A stretch of 64,000 nucleotides of DNA, taken from contig JAWMAR010001141.1 of assembly GCA_036785375.1 (NCBI GenBank), positions 248,001-312,000 on the forward strand, read 5' to 3'. This document shows positions 48,201-60,736 of the stretch, in pieces. A model generated the notes under the pieces. The model was not told the origin of the DNA. It ran no database searches and saw nothing but the letters and a program-made list of their open reading frames with translations. The stretch comes from Leucoraja ocellata. Lineage: Eukaryota. The translations under genes were made by a program, and so were the position numbers. Numbering within the stretch: position 1 is the first letter of the stretch; each line of letters opens with the position of its first letter.

Positions 48201-50742
48201 GAGAACATGCAAACTCCACACAGAAAGCAATGAAGTTCGGAATTGAACCCAGCCGACTGGAGCTGTGAGACAGATGCACTAGCTGTGGCATCTCCTGTAC
48301 CTGTTTCCATAAGATTATCCACAAAAAGCTGGTGTAACTCAGCTGGTCAGGCAGCATCTCTGGCGATAAGGAACAGGTGATGTTTCGGGTCAAGACCCTT
48401 CTTCTTCAGAATATAGACTGCTGAATTTTTAGTTTAGTTTAAATACAGTGTTGAAACCGGCTCTTTTGCCCACTATGCTGACCATCCAGCCCCTTTGTAC
48501 TAGTTCTATGTGATCCCACATTCATATCTTACACACTTGGGAGAATTTATAGAAGCCAAACAACCTACAAAACTGCAGATCTGTGGAATGAGGGAGGAAA
48601 CCAGAGGACCCAGAGAAAACCCCACACAGTCACCGGGAGGATGTGCAAACTCTTCACAGACAGAACCTATAGTCAGTTTTGAAACTGGGCCTCTGGTGCT
48701 GTGAGGCAGCAGCTCTGTTGAATCTTGGCTGCATTCTCTCCTTTGCAAGTATATCCATCATTATGTATAAAGACCAGATCAACAAAACATTCCAGACGCA
48801 GTCTCAACAGAACCCTATATAGCATTGAACCAAAGTGTCAGTATGCTTGCATTCAAATTTCTTGCAACAATTACCCACATGCCGTTTGCCTTCCTAAAAG
48901 TTGCACTGTTGGTCAACTTTCAATGATTCATGTACTGGAATATCTGGGCCCTTCTGCTCCACAGCACAGTGGCACAGCGGTGGAGTTGCTGCCTTACAAC
49001 ATCTACAGCACCAGAGACCCATGTTTGATCCCGACTACGGGTACAGTCTGTATAGAGTTTGTACGTACTTACCGTGACCACATGGGTTTTTTTTAGAGAT
49101 CTCCGGTTTACTCCTTTCCTCAACGTCATACAGATGCAGGATAATTGGCTTGGTAAAATTGTAAATTGTCACCAGTGTGTGTGGGGTAGTGTTAATTGCT
49201 GGTGGTGCAGACTCGGTGGGCCGAAGGGCCTGTTTCCACGCTGTATCTCTAAACTAAACATGAAGACATTTCAATCGCTTGCCGTTTATAAAACGGTTCA
49301 GCATTTCTGCTTTCTTCCCCTCGTGTCTCATATGCTGCATTTCCCACATCCTCGTGCAATCAGTTAACCCAACTGCATTCCACAATGACTCTCTATATCC
49401 TCTTCATAGTTCACCCTGTCATGCAGCTCATAACCCAGGGCTTTTGGAGTGGTTTGAATATGGATCCCAATAGGCACTATTTATTTTTATTTGTTGAACT
49501 TATTGTTTTGTTTGCTTGTTATTTTATCCATTGAGCAATTGCTGGCTTAACCTAGCACTAAACGTTATTCCCTTATCATGTATCTATACACTGTAATGGC
49601 TCAAGTGTAAGCATGTATTGTCTTTCTGCTGACTGGTTAGCACGTAACAAAAGCTTTTCACTGTACTTCGGTACACGTGACAATAGACTAAACTGAGACT
49701 GACTCCGAAACTGTGTTTACAAACCTGTTGTGCTGCTACAAGTGAGAATGTTATTGTTCTATTTTGGGACATATGACAATGAAACACACTTGACTCTCGA
49801 GTCAAAAATCATCACGTGAAGAGAAAAAAAAAAGCTTTATTGTGTCTTATTAATCTCAATATTCAACATGATCTCTGGAAGCGGAAACATTCTCTGCGCA
49901 AGAACACATTCATCATCTTCAATATACAATATTTGCCATCTCCAACTTTTGTTTCCTTTTTTTCTATGTCTCCTGCGATGCAGGAGGTGCCTTGTAGATC
50001 GACACACTCACTCGTTCTGCACTGAAGTGTTCAGGTGGGTTACTTGCACAGGTGCTGTGATGAGATTTGAACTCACAACCTTGAGTTGTAGAGAGAAGAT
50101 GTTTGCACTGTAACATAACACCTCTCAGTCTATGTTGGGGATGGGGGTGAGGAAGGAGACGGCATCATTCAATGCATTGAGCAAAATGGCTGCTATTTGC
50201 AAAGCTGGCCCAGATTCAGTAATTTTATGGCAATTGCTGATCATTGGGAACAAGGAAGGGAGTGGAAAAATGAGGAACTGCAGAAGCTGGTTTGCAAAAA
50301 AACGAGACAAAGTTCTGGAATAACTTAGCGGGTCAGGCAGCATCCCTGAAGAGAAGGAATGGGTGATATTTCAGGTCGAGACCCTTCTTCAAAGTAACTA
50401 GATTTGTCGATTACAGCAGAGAAACCTCAATGTAACCATGGCGCAAAGATGGGGCAACAAACAGCACTGGTCCAGGTACGGGGCTGCCGAGAACATAGCG
50501 GACCTGGCGTGGGGTGGGGGTGTGTGAACAAAGGGGGTCATGGAGTGGGGGGGGTGGGGGAGCCGAGAACAAAGGGGGACCAATAGGGACTGTAATGAAT
50601 AGTTTGTAACTGTTGGCGCCCTATACATAGTGACTCTTTATATACCTTGTTTATGGTACGCAAAACAAAAACAATTATCACTGTGACATGTCACATGTGG
50701 TAATAAAGTATCAATCAATCAATCAATGACTCAATGGTCTAT

Positions 50743-51003
50743 CTAAGAAGTCACAGTGGCATAAATACTCTGCACAGGAGAAGGAGCTTTCTGACGGGCA
50801 AGCTGGCTGACGCTTTGAGATGTAACTTCTGAATAGGTGACATTGTCCTCCCCAGTACTGGAGTGAGACCCTGTCGATTTGCTTTGAACTTGCACTTCTG
50901 CATACACAGTTTGATATTGATTAGAACAATGGGCAGCTTCCTTGTTGCTTCGAATGTCTGACAGTGTTGCATAAACGATGCTCCGTTTTCCTGCTGGCAA
51001 ACC
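50743..51003 (-). CDS. Inhibitory receptor B terminal exon with ITIMs and an ITSM
   Basis: IVYATL, TVYAEV, VTYSEV, SIYATV. Confidence 0.9.
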   Translation of the reverse strand, partial: GLPAGKRSIVYATLSDIRSNKEAAHCSNQYQTVYAEVQVQSKSTGSHSSTGEDNVTYSEVTSQSVSQLARQKAPSPVQSIYATVTS

Positions 51004-54000
51004 CTGAAAAACAAAAGAGGAACCAAGGTTTGTCTGATGATTTGTGTTCAGTTTTAGTCACCATGTCATAGGAAAGATGCTGTCAAGTTGCAAAGGGTGC
51101 GGAGAAGATTTGCAAGGGTGTTGCCCAGACTCGTGGGCGTGAACTATAGGGAGAGGTTGAGCAGGCCAGGATGCTTGGAGTGCAGGAGGATGAGGGGTGA
51201 TCTGATAGAGGTGTACAAAATCATGAGAGGAAAAGATCGGGTAGATGCACAGAGCCTTTTGCCTAGAGTAGAAGAATCGAGAACCAGATGATATAGGTTT
51301 ATGATGAGGGGGGGAAAGATTTAATAGGAACCCAAGGGGTAACTTTCTACACAAAGTGTGGTGGGTGTATGGAACGAGCTGCTGTGTATGTGATCATGGC
51401 TGATCATCCAAAATTAGAACCCTGTTCCTTTGAAATAATCGTCTGATCTGTATGCATAAAATAACCATGATGCATCTTGATGCGTTTGATGATAAAGGAA
51501 CCATAGAACCATTGAAGCAGATTAGTGACTTGATTAGTGAGGTTGGATTACAGAATTTTGTAAGTTCTCAATACACGGGGAATTCATACTTTGCCGTCTT
51601 TACCTGCATTTCATTGTTATTTGCTCCGGGAGGTTTGTTCCCTTCTGATTCTGGAAAACACAATGTTAACATTGAAAGAACATGTCAGGGACATTTTTAA
51701 CCAGCCATCTTGATGCATATAGAGTAGGGAGGAACTGCAGATGCTGGTTTAAACCGAAGATGGACACAAAATGCTGGAGTAACTTAGTGGGACAGGCAGC
51801 ATCTCCGGAGAGAAGAAATGGATGGCGTTTCAGGTTGAGACCCTTCTTCAGACCGTTCTCTCCAGAGATGCCTATCCTGCTGATTTACTCCAGCATCTTC
51901 AATCTGTCAGGTGTATAACCAGCATCTGCAGTTCCTTCCTACACTTTTATTCATGAGAACCACAGGGATACCACAAGCCCAACTAGGTGGGTTACCTCTG
52001 GGTGCTCCGGTTTCCCCCTACATCCTAAAGACATGCACGCCTGTAGGTTAATTCCCACTGTAAATTGCCCCTAGTGTGTAGGCGAGGGGTAGAATCTTGG
52101 GGGAATTGATAACAACATGGAGAGAACAAAGTTGGATAAAATTAGTGTGTAGAAAGGACCTGCAGATTAATGAATTAATGAATAAGTTTATTTGCCAAGT
52201 ATTCACATACAAGGAATTTGCCTTGGTGCTCCGCCCCCGCAAGTGACAACGACAAACAGTGACAGTTAGGAATGACTAGTAACTCAATGAATCAGGCAGC
52301 ATCTCTGGACAAAAAGGTTGTGTGACATTTCAGGTCGAGACCCTTCTTCAGACTGGATAAGATTATTGTGGGACTGGAATAAAGAGATGTTTGATAAAGG
52401 GCCTGTTTCCGTGCTGTATCTCTCTCCCTCTCTGCAGGAAATGATCACATACATCATGAAAGGATGAAGGAAACATAGAAACTCACTCCTTTGTCTACAC
52501 ATTAGGCACCAAAGTAGACCAGCAAATATCACCACGAGAAGAACTCCAGCAATACTGAGGTAAATTATGGGTCTATGGGACAGAGAAAGCAAAAAGGTTA
52601 CTCTTGTTTCATCATTGATTCCTATCCTTTGGTAAAGAACAAAAGTCTAACATCTGCAGGGTATCTTTCATGAGCTCAGGATAAGTCAAGCCCAGTCAAT
52701 GGAGTGCACACATTGCTGTAATGTGGTAAACACCAAAGCCAATCTGCCCACAGCAAGTTCCACAAACAGCAGTGCGATAACGACCAATGATTGTGATGTT
52801 GGATAAAGAATAAACCCAACTCAACCCAACAGTAGCGCAGCATGGACTTGATGCCTTACAGCGCTAGAGACCCAGGTTCAATCCAGACTACAGGTGCTGT
52901 CTGTAAGGAGTTTGCATATTCTCCCTGTGATGAAGTGGGTTTTCTCCGGGTGCTCCGGTTTCCTCCCACATCACAAAGACGTGCGGGTTTGTGGGTTAAT
53001 TGGCCTTGGTAAATTGTCCTTAATTTGTAGCGAGTGGATGAAAAAGCGGGATCACATAGATCTAATATAAAAGGGTGATCGACGGACAGCGTGGACTCGG
53101 AGGAAGGAAGGATTTGTTACCATGCTGTATCTCTAAACTAAAGTAAAACTAAACTAATTGTGTGTGAGATCTGGCCAGTGGCATTGTCCGTGGTCGATAT
53201 ATCTGCCGATTGGTTTACAAATGCTCACAGCTTACAGATTTACAAAGGAAACACCCCTTGTTCAAAACCAGTGGACAGTCAATAAGTGTAGGAAGGAACT
53301 GCAGATGCTGGTTTAAACCGAAGAAGATAGAAACAAAATGCTGGAGTAACTCAACGGGAGAGGCAGCATCTCTGGAGAGAAGGAATGGGTGACAGTTGGG
53401 ATTGAGACCCTCCTTCAGGGGAGAAGGAGATACAGAGATAAGGAAGTATAAGGTGTGAAAATGAACTAATGGGGGTGGAGATCAAGGAAAATGTAGAATA
53501 GATCATTGTTAGCTGGGAGACGGTAACAACAAAGTAAACAAAGATAAAATATAATTGGGCAGAGTCAGACTGGTCGGAGTACTGGAAAGGGAATGGGATG
53601 GAGTCAGGGAAAGCAAGGGTTACTTGTAGTTGGAGAAGTCAATATTCATACAGCTGGGGTGGAAGCTGCCCAATATGAGGTGCTGTTACCCATAATTTTC
53701 GCTGATAAAGGAGGAGGCCCAGGACAGAAATGTAAGCGTGGGAATGGGAGTGGGAGTTAAAGTGTTCACCACCGGACGGTCAGGTAGGTTTAAGCGGACT
53801 GAGCGAAGGAGATCAGTGAAACGATCGCCAAGCCTGTGCGTATTCTTGCCGATATATAGGAGTCCACACCTGCAACTGTAGATGAGGTTGGAGGAGCTGC
53901 ATGTGAACCTCTACCTCACCTGAAAAGACTGTCAGGGTCCTTGGACGGATTCGATGGGGGAGGTATAGGGACAGGTGTTGCATCTCCTGCAGTTGCAGGT

Positions 54001-57000
54001 GAAAGTACTTGGGGACGGGGTAGTTTGGGTGGGAAGGGATGAGTTAACCAGGGAGATGCGGAGGGAACGGTCTCTGCAGAAAGCAGAAAGGGGTGGAAAT
54101 GGGGAGATGTGGCTAATGGTGGGTGTCAATGTCCTGCCAATTTTAACTGTTGTTTCTTTAATTTAGTTTAGTTTATTATAGTCACGTGCATCGAGGTTCA
54201 GTGAAAAACATTTGGTTGTGTGTTATCCAGTCAGCGAAAAGACTAGACACGATTACAATCAAGCTGTCACAGCATATAGATTTGTGATAAAGGGTAGAAT
54301 GTTTAGTGCAAGATAGAGTCCAATAAAGTCTGATTAAAGATAGTTGGAAGGTCCCCAATGAGGTAGATGGGAGGTCAGGGTCGCTCTCTAGCTGGTGAGG
54401 GGATGGTTCAGTTGCCTGGTAACTGCTGGGAAGAAAATGTCCCTGATGGGAGAGGGGAGAAGAGGGAGTGACCGGGGCGAGTGGTCCTTGATTATGACTC
54501 TCTGGCATTGTAAGGCAGCAACTCTACCACTGTACCACCATGCCACCCTCGACAACCTAGAGTTACTACAGTACTTTGTGTTCTACTCAAGGATCCAGCA
54601 TCCAGCCAGGTTAATTCCCGGGATGGCGGAACTGTCATATGATGAAAGAATGGAGCGTCTGGGCTTGTATTCACTGGAATTTAGAAGGATGAGAGGGTAT
54701 CTTATAGACACATATTAAATTATTAAGGGATTGGACACGCGAGATGCAGGAAACATGTTCCCGATGTTGTGGGAGTCCAGAGCCAGGGGCCACAGTTTAA
54801 GAATAAGGGGTAGGCTATTTAGAACTGAGTTGAGGAAAACTTTTCACCCAGGGAGTTGTGAATCTGGGGAATTCTTTACCTCGTAAGGCAATGCAGGCCG
54901 ATTCACTGGATACATTCAAAAGATAATTAGACATAGTTCTTAGGGCTAGCGGAATCAAGGGATATGGGGACAAGGCAGGAACGGGGTACTGATTGTGGAT
55001 GGTCAACCATGATCACATTGAATGGCGGTGCTGGCTCGAAGGGCAGAATGGACTTCTCCTGCACTATTGTCTATCCATCTATGTATCTATGTATGGATCA
55101 ACAGTTCCTTGTGTCTCCACCTCTCATATTGAAAAGCAAGGCCAATCAAAACTTAAGCAAGTGAAAATTATACCTCTTAGAGAAACTGGTCGCATGATCA
55201 TTGTTTTCGGATGTTACTTTTGTAGTTGAAGTAAATGCTACTGTTGTTGTTGTTGACGATCCAGGATTCGGTTCAGGTTCTGTTGAGAAAAGGAAATAAA
55301 AGACAATTAAAGATAGACAAAATATGCTGGAGTAACTCAGCGGGACAGGCAGCATCTCTGGAGAGAAGGAATGGGTGAAGTTTCGGGTCTGAGGATGGGT
55401 CTCGGGCCGAAACGTCACCCATTCCTTCCCTCCAGAGACACTGCCTGTCCCGCTGAATTACTCCAACATTTCAAGTTCAAGTTCACATATTGTCACGTGC
55501 ACCAATTAAGGTACAGTGATATTTGAGTTATCATACAGCCATACAAGTTTAAAAACATAACGCAATACACAATAGTTTTAACATAAACATCCACCACAGT
55601 GGAATCATCATTCCTCACTGTGATGGAAGGCAACAAGGTTCAGTCATCTTCCTCCTTTGTTTACCCGTGGTGGTCGGGGCCTTGAACCCTCAGCACTGCC
55701 ACTGCCGACGGCCCGATGTTCAAGCCCTCTCGTCGGGATGATGGAGACTCCGGAGTCGGGGCGGAACGGAAACTCTCCGCGGCTTCACGGTATTTAGTCC
55801 ACAAGCCCCGCGGTTGTAGAGCTTCCACAGCGATTCTCAGCAAAGGATCACAGCTCCGCAATGTTAAAGTCCGCGTCGCCCTTGCGGCGAAGATCCAGCC
55901 CGGTCTCCAGGAAAGGCCGCATCCATCCAGTTGTTAGTCCGCGGGGAGGGGACGGAGACGTGACACGGGGAAAGATCACATCTCTGTTCAAGAAGGAACT
56001 GCAGATGCTGGAAAATCGAAGGTACACAAAATTGCTGGAGAAACTCAGCGGGTGCAGCAGCATCTATGGAGCGAAGGAAATAGGCGACGTTTCGGGCCGA
56101 AACCCTTCTTCAGACTGATGGGGGGTGGGGGGAGAGAAGGAAGGAAAAGGGGAGGAGGAGGAGCCCGAGGGCGGGCGGATAGGAGGGTGGGAGGAGACAG
56201 CTAGAGGGTTAAGGAAGGGGAGGAGACAGCAAGGGCTAGCAAAATTGGGAGAATTCAATGTTAATGTTATCCGGACGCAAGGTCCCCAGGCGGAATATGA
56301 GGTGCTGTTCCTCCAATTTCCGCTGTTGCTCACTCTGGCAATGGAGGAGACCCAGGACAGAGAGGTCGGATTGGGAATGGGAGGGGAGTTGAAGTGCTGA
56401 GCCACCGGGAGGTCAGGTTGGTTATTGCTGACTGAGCGGAGGTGTTCGGCGAAATGATCGCCCAACCTACGCTTAGTCTCCCCGATGTAAATCAGCTGAC
56501 ACCTAGAGCAGCGGATGCAGTAGATGAGGTTGGAGAAGATGCAGGTGAACCTTTGTCGCACCTGGAACGATTGCTTGGGTCCTTGAATGGAGTCGAGGGG
56601 GGAGGTGAAGGGACAGGTGTTGCATTTCTTGCGGTTGCAACGGAAAGTACCCGGGGATGGGGTGGTGCGGGAGGGAAGGGAAGAATTGACAAGGGAGTTG
56701 CGGAGGGAGCGGTCTTTGCGGAAGGCAGACATGGGGGGAGATGGGAAGATGTGTCGAGTGGTGGGGGCACGTTGGAGGTGGCGGAAATGGCGGAGGATTA
56801 TGTGTTGTATTTGCCGGCTGATGGGGTGAAAGGTGAGGACCAGAGGGACTCTGCCCTTGTTGCGAGTGCGGGGATGGGGAGAGAGAGCAGTGTTACGGGG
56901 TATGGATGAGACCCTGTTGTGATCACATCTCTGTTGCGGTAAGTGACTGAAAACGGTTTCGCCCTCCCCTCACCCCCTCACCCCCTCCCCCTCCCCTCAC

Positions 57001-60000
57001 CCCCCCACAATAAAAAACACAGAGAGACATTAAAACATACATTTTAGACAGACTGAATATAACAAAAATGTCGAAATAACACACAGGCTGCTGGCGAGGC
57101 TGCCATCTCGGCGCCACCCAGTGACGCATCTATCTGCTCTATAGATTGTGTGTCTATGTTCGATTGAACCAGCATCTGCAGTTCTTTCCTTCACAATAAA
57201 AGACATTTCCCTGTTTGCCGTTTCATCATTATTCAAGATCCAGGGGCATCATCTGCACACTCCCAGGAGGGGTAAGAACAGAATTCGGCCAAACAGCAAA
57301 GATCCCGGCACTGATCCCTATGGTGCATCATTAAGGGCGGCACGGTGGCGCAGCTGTAGAATTGCTGCCTTACAGCGCCAGGGACCCGGGTTCGATCATG
57401 ACCACGGGTACTTGTCTGTCTGTCTGTCTGGAGTTTGTACATTCTCCCCGTGACCTGCGTGAGTTTTCTCTGAAAACTTCGGTTTCCCCCCACACTCCAA
57501 AGACGTACAGGTTTACAGGTTAATTGGTATAAATGTAAAACGTACCGTCAGATACTTGGAGCTGAACGTTAAACATTGGATCGAAGCCAGATGTAGTAAT
57601 TCCACATCTGTACCATCCTGTATCGTTAGAGTGAAGATCCTCCACAGTCACAGTAAATATTCCTTGTGTCTGGTTATCTGTGATTGACCATCTTCCACGT
57701 CTGTGTTGCCCATTTGTTTCCACTACATCTGAACACGAGTGAGTCCACCCATGACACCAGTATTTTGTGAATGAACGGTACCATGCTCCATAGTGACAAT
57801 CGATTGTGATATTTTCTCCCACAACTCCTCTTACAGGTGTCTTTGCCCACAGAGCACCTGAAACTGAGAAGAAAAATCATCAGAACATGTACAGGACAAA
57901 TCTACTTAACACAGCATTTGCTGTCCCACCCACTCTTCCCCTAATCAACGATGGGCCGAATGGTCCAACCCGTGTGTGGACATTCACTTACCCATGAGCC
58001 AAGCACAAAGTGCCCGTGTAACTCAGCAGATCTGGCAGCATCTGTGGAGGGAATGGACACGTGACGTGACGTGTCGGGTTGGGACCCTGCTTCGGCGATG
58101 AGGAAACACAGAGAGTTGTGAGTATGTGGAATTCTCTGCCCATTCTCTGGAAACTTTCAAGAGAGAGCTAGATAGGGCTCTTAAAGATAGTAGTCAGGCG
58201 ATATGGGGAGAAGGCAGGAACGGGTACTGATTGGGGATGATCAAGCATGATCACATTCAATAAACAATGGACAATAGACAATAGGTGCAGGAGTAGGGCA
58301 TTTTGCCCTTCGAGCCAACACCGCCATTCAATGTGATCATGGCTGATCATCTTCGTTCTAAATGGCTTACCCCTTATTCTTAAACTGTGGCTCCTGGTTC
58401 TGGACTCCCCCAACATCAGGAATGTGTTTCCTGCCTCTAGCGTGTCCAAGCCCTTAATAATCTTAAAATATTCTTACAATAATCTTACATGGCAGTGCTG
58501 GCTCAAAGGGCCGAATGGCCTACTCCTGTACCTATTGTCTATTGATGAGTACTGAGGCTTGTGAATCCCTACAACAACCTTATCCCCCAAATGCACGTAT
58601 ATCGTTGGCCTGTTTTATGGAGGGTAAACCTTATTTGCCATCATCCCCATCTATAAACTAGGAAATAGTCACCTACACTTCACGCTGCCTTGCAAGGCCA
58701 CCAGCATAATCATGGAGCAGTTTCATCCCAGTCACTCCTTCTTTACCTGTCTACCATTAGGCACGAGGGACAGAAGTTTGAACCCAATGCTCTAGATTCA
58801 GAGACAGTTTTCTTCCCAACCATCTTCAAGCAACTGACCCATCCTCTCACTAGCTAGAGCGCAGTCCTGACCTCCTATTTACCCCCTTGAACAATCAATA
58901 ATTGGACTTCATTGGACTAAACTAAACTAAACTAGTAAAGCAATGATACTAGATTACCGGAAATGATCTGGTGAATGAAGACAGTCAATGTTGGCCTTCA
59001 CCTGCATCTGAGCATTAAAAAAAAGAATTTACTTGGTAACAAGAAATTATTAATATTGCATGCTGATGACTTTGATGAATATGCATAGTTGACGTCCAAG
59101 AACAAGAAGGAAATGGCTACTTATTGCAAGAGCAACCCACAGCCCAAGAGGAACTGGACGTCAAACAATATCTGAACTTTAAATAACAGGAAGTGTTGTA
59201 AAATGGAGACAATTGTTTTGGCATTATTGCTTGGCTGCTGTTAGTGAGTGCAAGCAAGCAATAAAACAATGTTTTATGAATAGAAATGGTCCCTTTGCAC
59301 TTTGACACTGTTACTTTAGTTTAGTTTAGTTTAAGATGGAGCATGGAAACTGGCCCTTCGGCCCAATTTGTCCGTGCTGACCTAGTATCTTGTACACTAG
59401 GGACAATTTACATAGTCCATATTCCCTATTTATAGAGGCCAATTAACCTACAAACCCATGTGTCTTTAGGATGTGGGAGGAAACCAGAAGACTGGGGAAA
59501 AACCCATGCGGTCACAGGGAGAAGGTACTAACTCCGTACAGACGGACCCCTTAGTTAGGATTGAACCCAGATCTCTGGTACTGTAAGGCACCGCTGTGCC
59601 ACTGTCCCAGTCACTTGTAATTGTCTCTGTTTTACATTCACAGTTGCTTTGTGCTGTCAGATACATTGGCGGCCATGATTTATGTGTGGCACAGTGATGG
59701 AGACAGGAGAAGATTGGAAGACCACACTCTAATATTGAGACAAAAGAGATTGCAGATGCTGGAATCTGGAACAACAAACAGCACACTGGAAGGACTCAGT
59801 GGGTCATGGAGGTTTGAAGGCAAAAAAGTGTAAGTTGTTCTTTCAGATCGAGACCCTGCATCAGGACTGAGAGGGGACAGATATGTTTGGCAACATATAG
59901 ATGTACTAATGGGTGGGAGGGTTGGGGCTGGTTGAGGAAGATGGAACTGGATGAAGAGGATATGTTTCATAGAGAATACACAAGCAGAACATGAGATGTT

Positions 60001-60736
60001 GATTGATAGTTCAAAACTCAATGATACAAACATTACATTTTCCAATTTTGGGTAATTCACACCCTCTGGTGTTCTCCTCCCACACAAGCCCACCTGCCGA
60101 TCCTGATTCAACCTTTCCTGCCTCCCTTGCTCAGTCCCGATACAGGGTCCTCTTCACATACACAGATGCTGGCTGACCCGCTGAGTTCCTCTTTCTTTAT
60201 CCACGCCCCAATATTGTTCAGTTATCTTTACATCTGCAAGCATTTAACTATCTCCACTGCAGAAATGGTGCACAAGACCCAGATACATTCTGATCACCAA
60301 AATGAATATCAAAATAAAACTACGGAGGTTAACAAAATCTAACACAAAAACAAAAAAATAATCAGGTGGTCAGGGCGCATCTGTGGGGAGAGATAGTTAG
60401 GTTTTAGGTCGAAGGATCTCTGATCTGAAAGGGTAACTCTTTTTCTCGGCACACCTGCAAAGTATTTCCAGCATATGTAAAGGAAGGAACTGCAGATGCT
60501 GGTTTACACCGAAGATAGACACAAAATGCTGGAGTAACTCAGAGGGACAGGCAGCATCACTGGATAGAAGGTATGGGTGACATTTCGGGTCGAGACTTTT
60601 CTTCAGCCTGTCCCGCTGAGTTACTCCAGCACTTTGTGACTATCTCGTACTTCCCGTAGAGTCTGGTCACATGACCGTCCAAATCAAGCTGTTACTTACC
60701 GGGCAGGGAATAAATGAGCAGCATTGGAATCCACAT
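50743..60736 (-). CDS. Inhibitory CD300/CMRF35/pIgR-like (MDIR-like) receptor, copy B; 6 coding exons, 284 aa
   Basis: join(60700-60736,57546-57863,55174-55279,52487-52572,51604-51650,50743-51003); tail motifs IVYATL, TVYAEV, VTYSEV, SIYATV. Confidence 0.88.
51604..51650 (-). CDS. Inhibitory receptor B short cytoplasmic exon
   Basis: Paralogous to 22078-22124. Confidence 0.75.
52487..52572 (-). CDS. Inhibitory receptor B TM exon
   Basis: Same TM peptide as copy A, synonymous changes only. Confidence 0.88.
53287..54125 (-). mobile_element. Older degraded Penelope-like element (unit B only)
   Basis: AFCRDRSLR..FTCNCRRCNTCP peptide; terminal repeat at ~53287-53418. Confidence 0.8.
55174..55279 (-). 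CDS. Inhibitory receptor B stalk exon
   Basis: EPEPNPGSSTTTTVAFTSTTKVTSENNDHATSFSK; AG|gtataa, phase 2. Confidence 0.8.
55989..56920 (-). mobile_element. Penelope-like element, 3' part (GIY-YIG endonuclease + terminal repeat), copy-B-specific, 15-bp TSD
   Basis: NLIYCIRCSRCQLIYIGETKRRLGDHFAEH motif; GATCACATCTCTGTT at 55974-55988 and 56921-56935, single copy at 25428-25442. Confidence 0.93.
56083..56117 (-). ncRNA. Minimal type I hammerhead ribozyme motif of a Penelope terminal repeat
   Basis: CUGAAGA-A-GGGU(UUCG)GCCC-GAAA-CGUC; palindromic ACGU helix III; short helix I. Confidence 0.65.
57546..57863 (-). CDS. Inhibitory receptor B V-set Ig exon
   Basis: Overlaps ORF 57520-57822; 318 nt, phase 1-1. 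Confidence 0.95.

Larger units (their letters stand above)
29445..59415. repeat. Tandem segmental duplication unit B (~30 kb)
   Basis: Colinear with unit A apart from indels and TE presence/absence. Confidence 0.97.
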
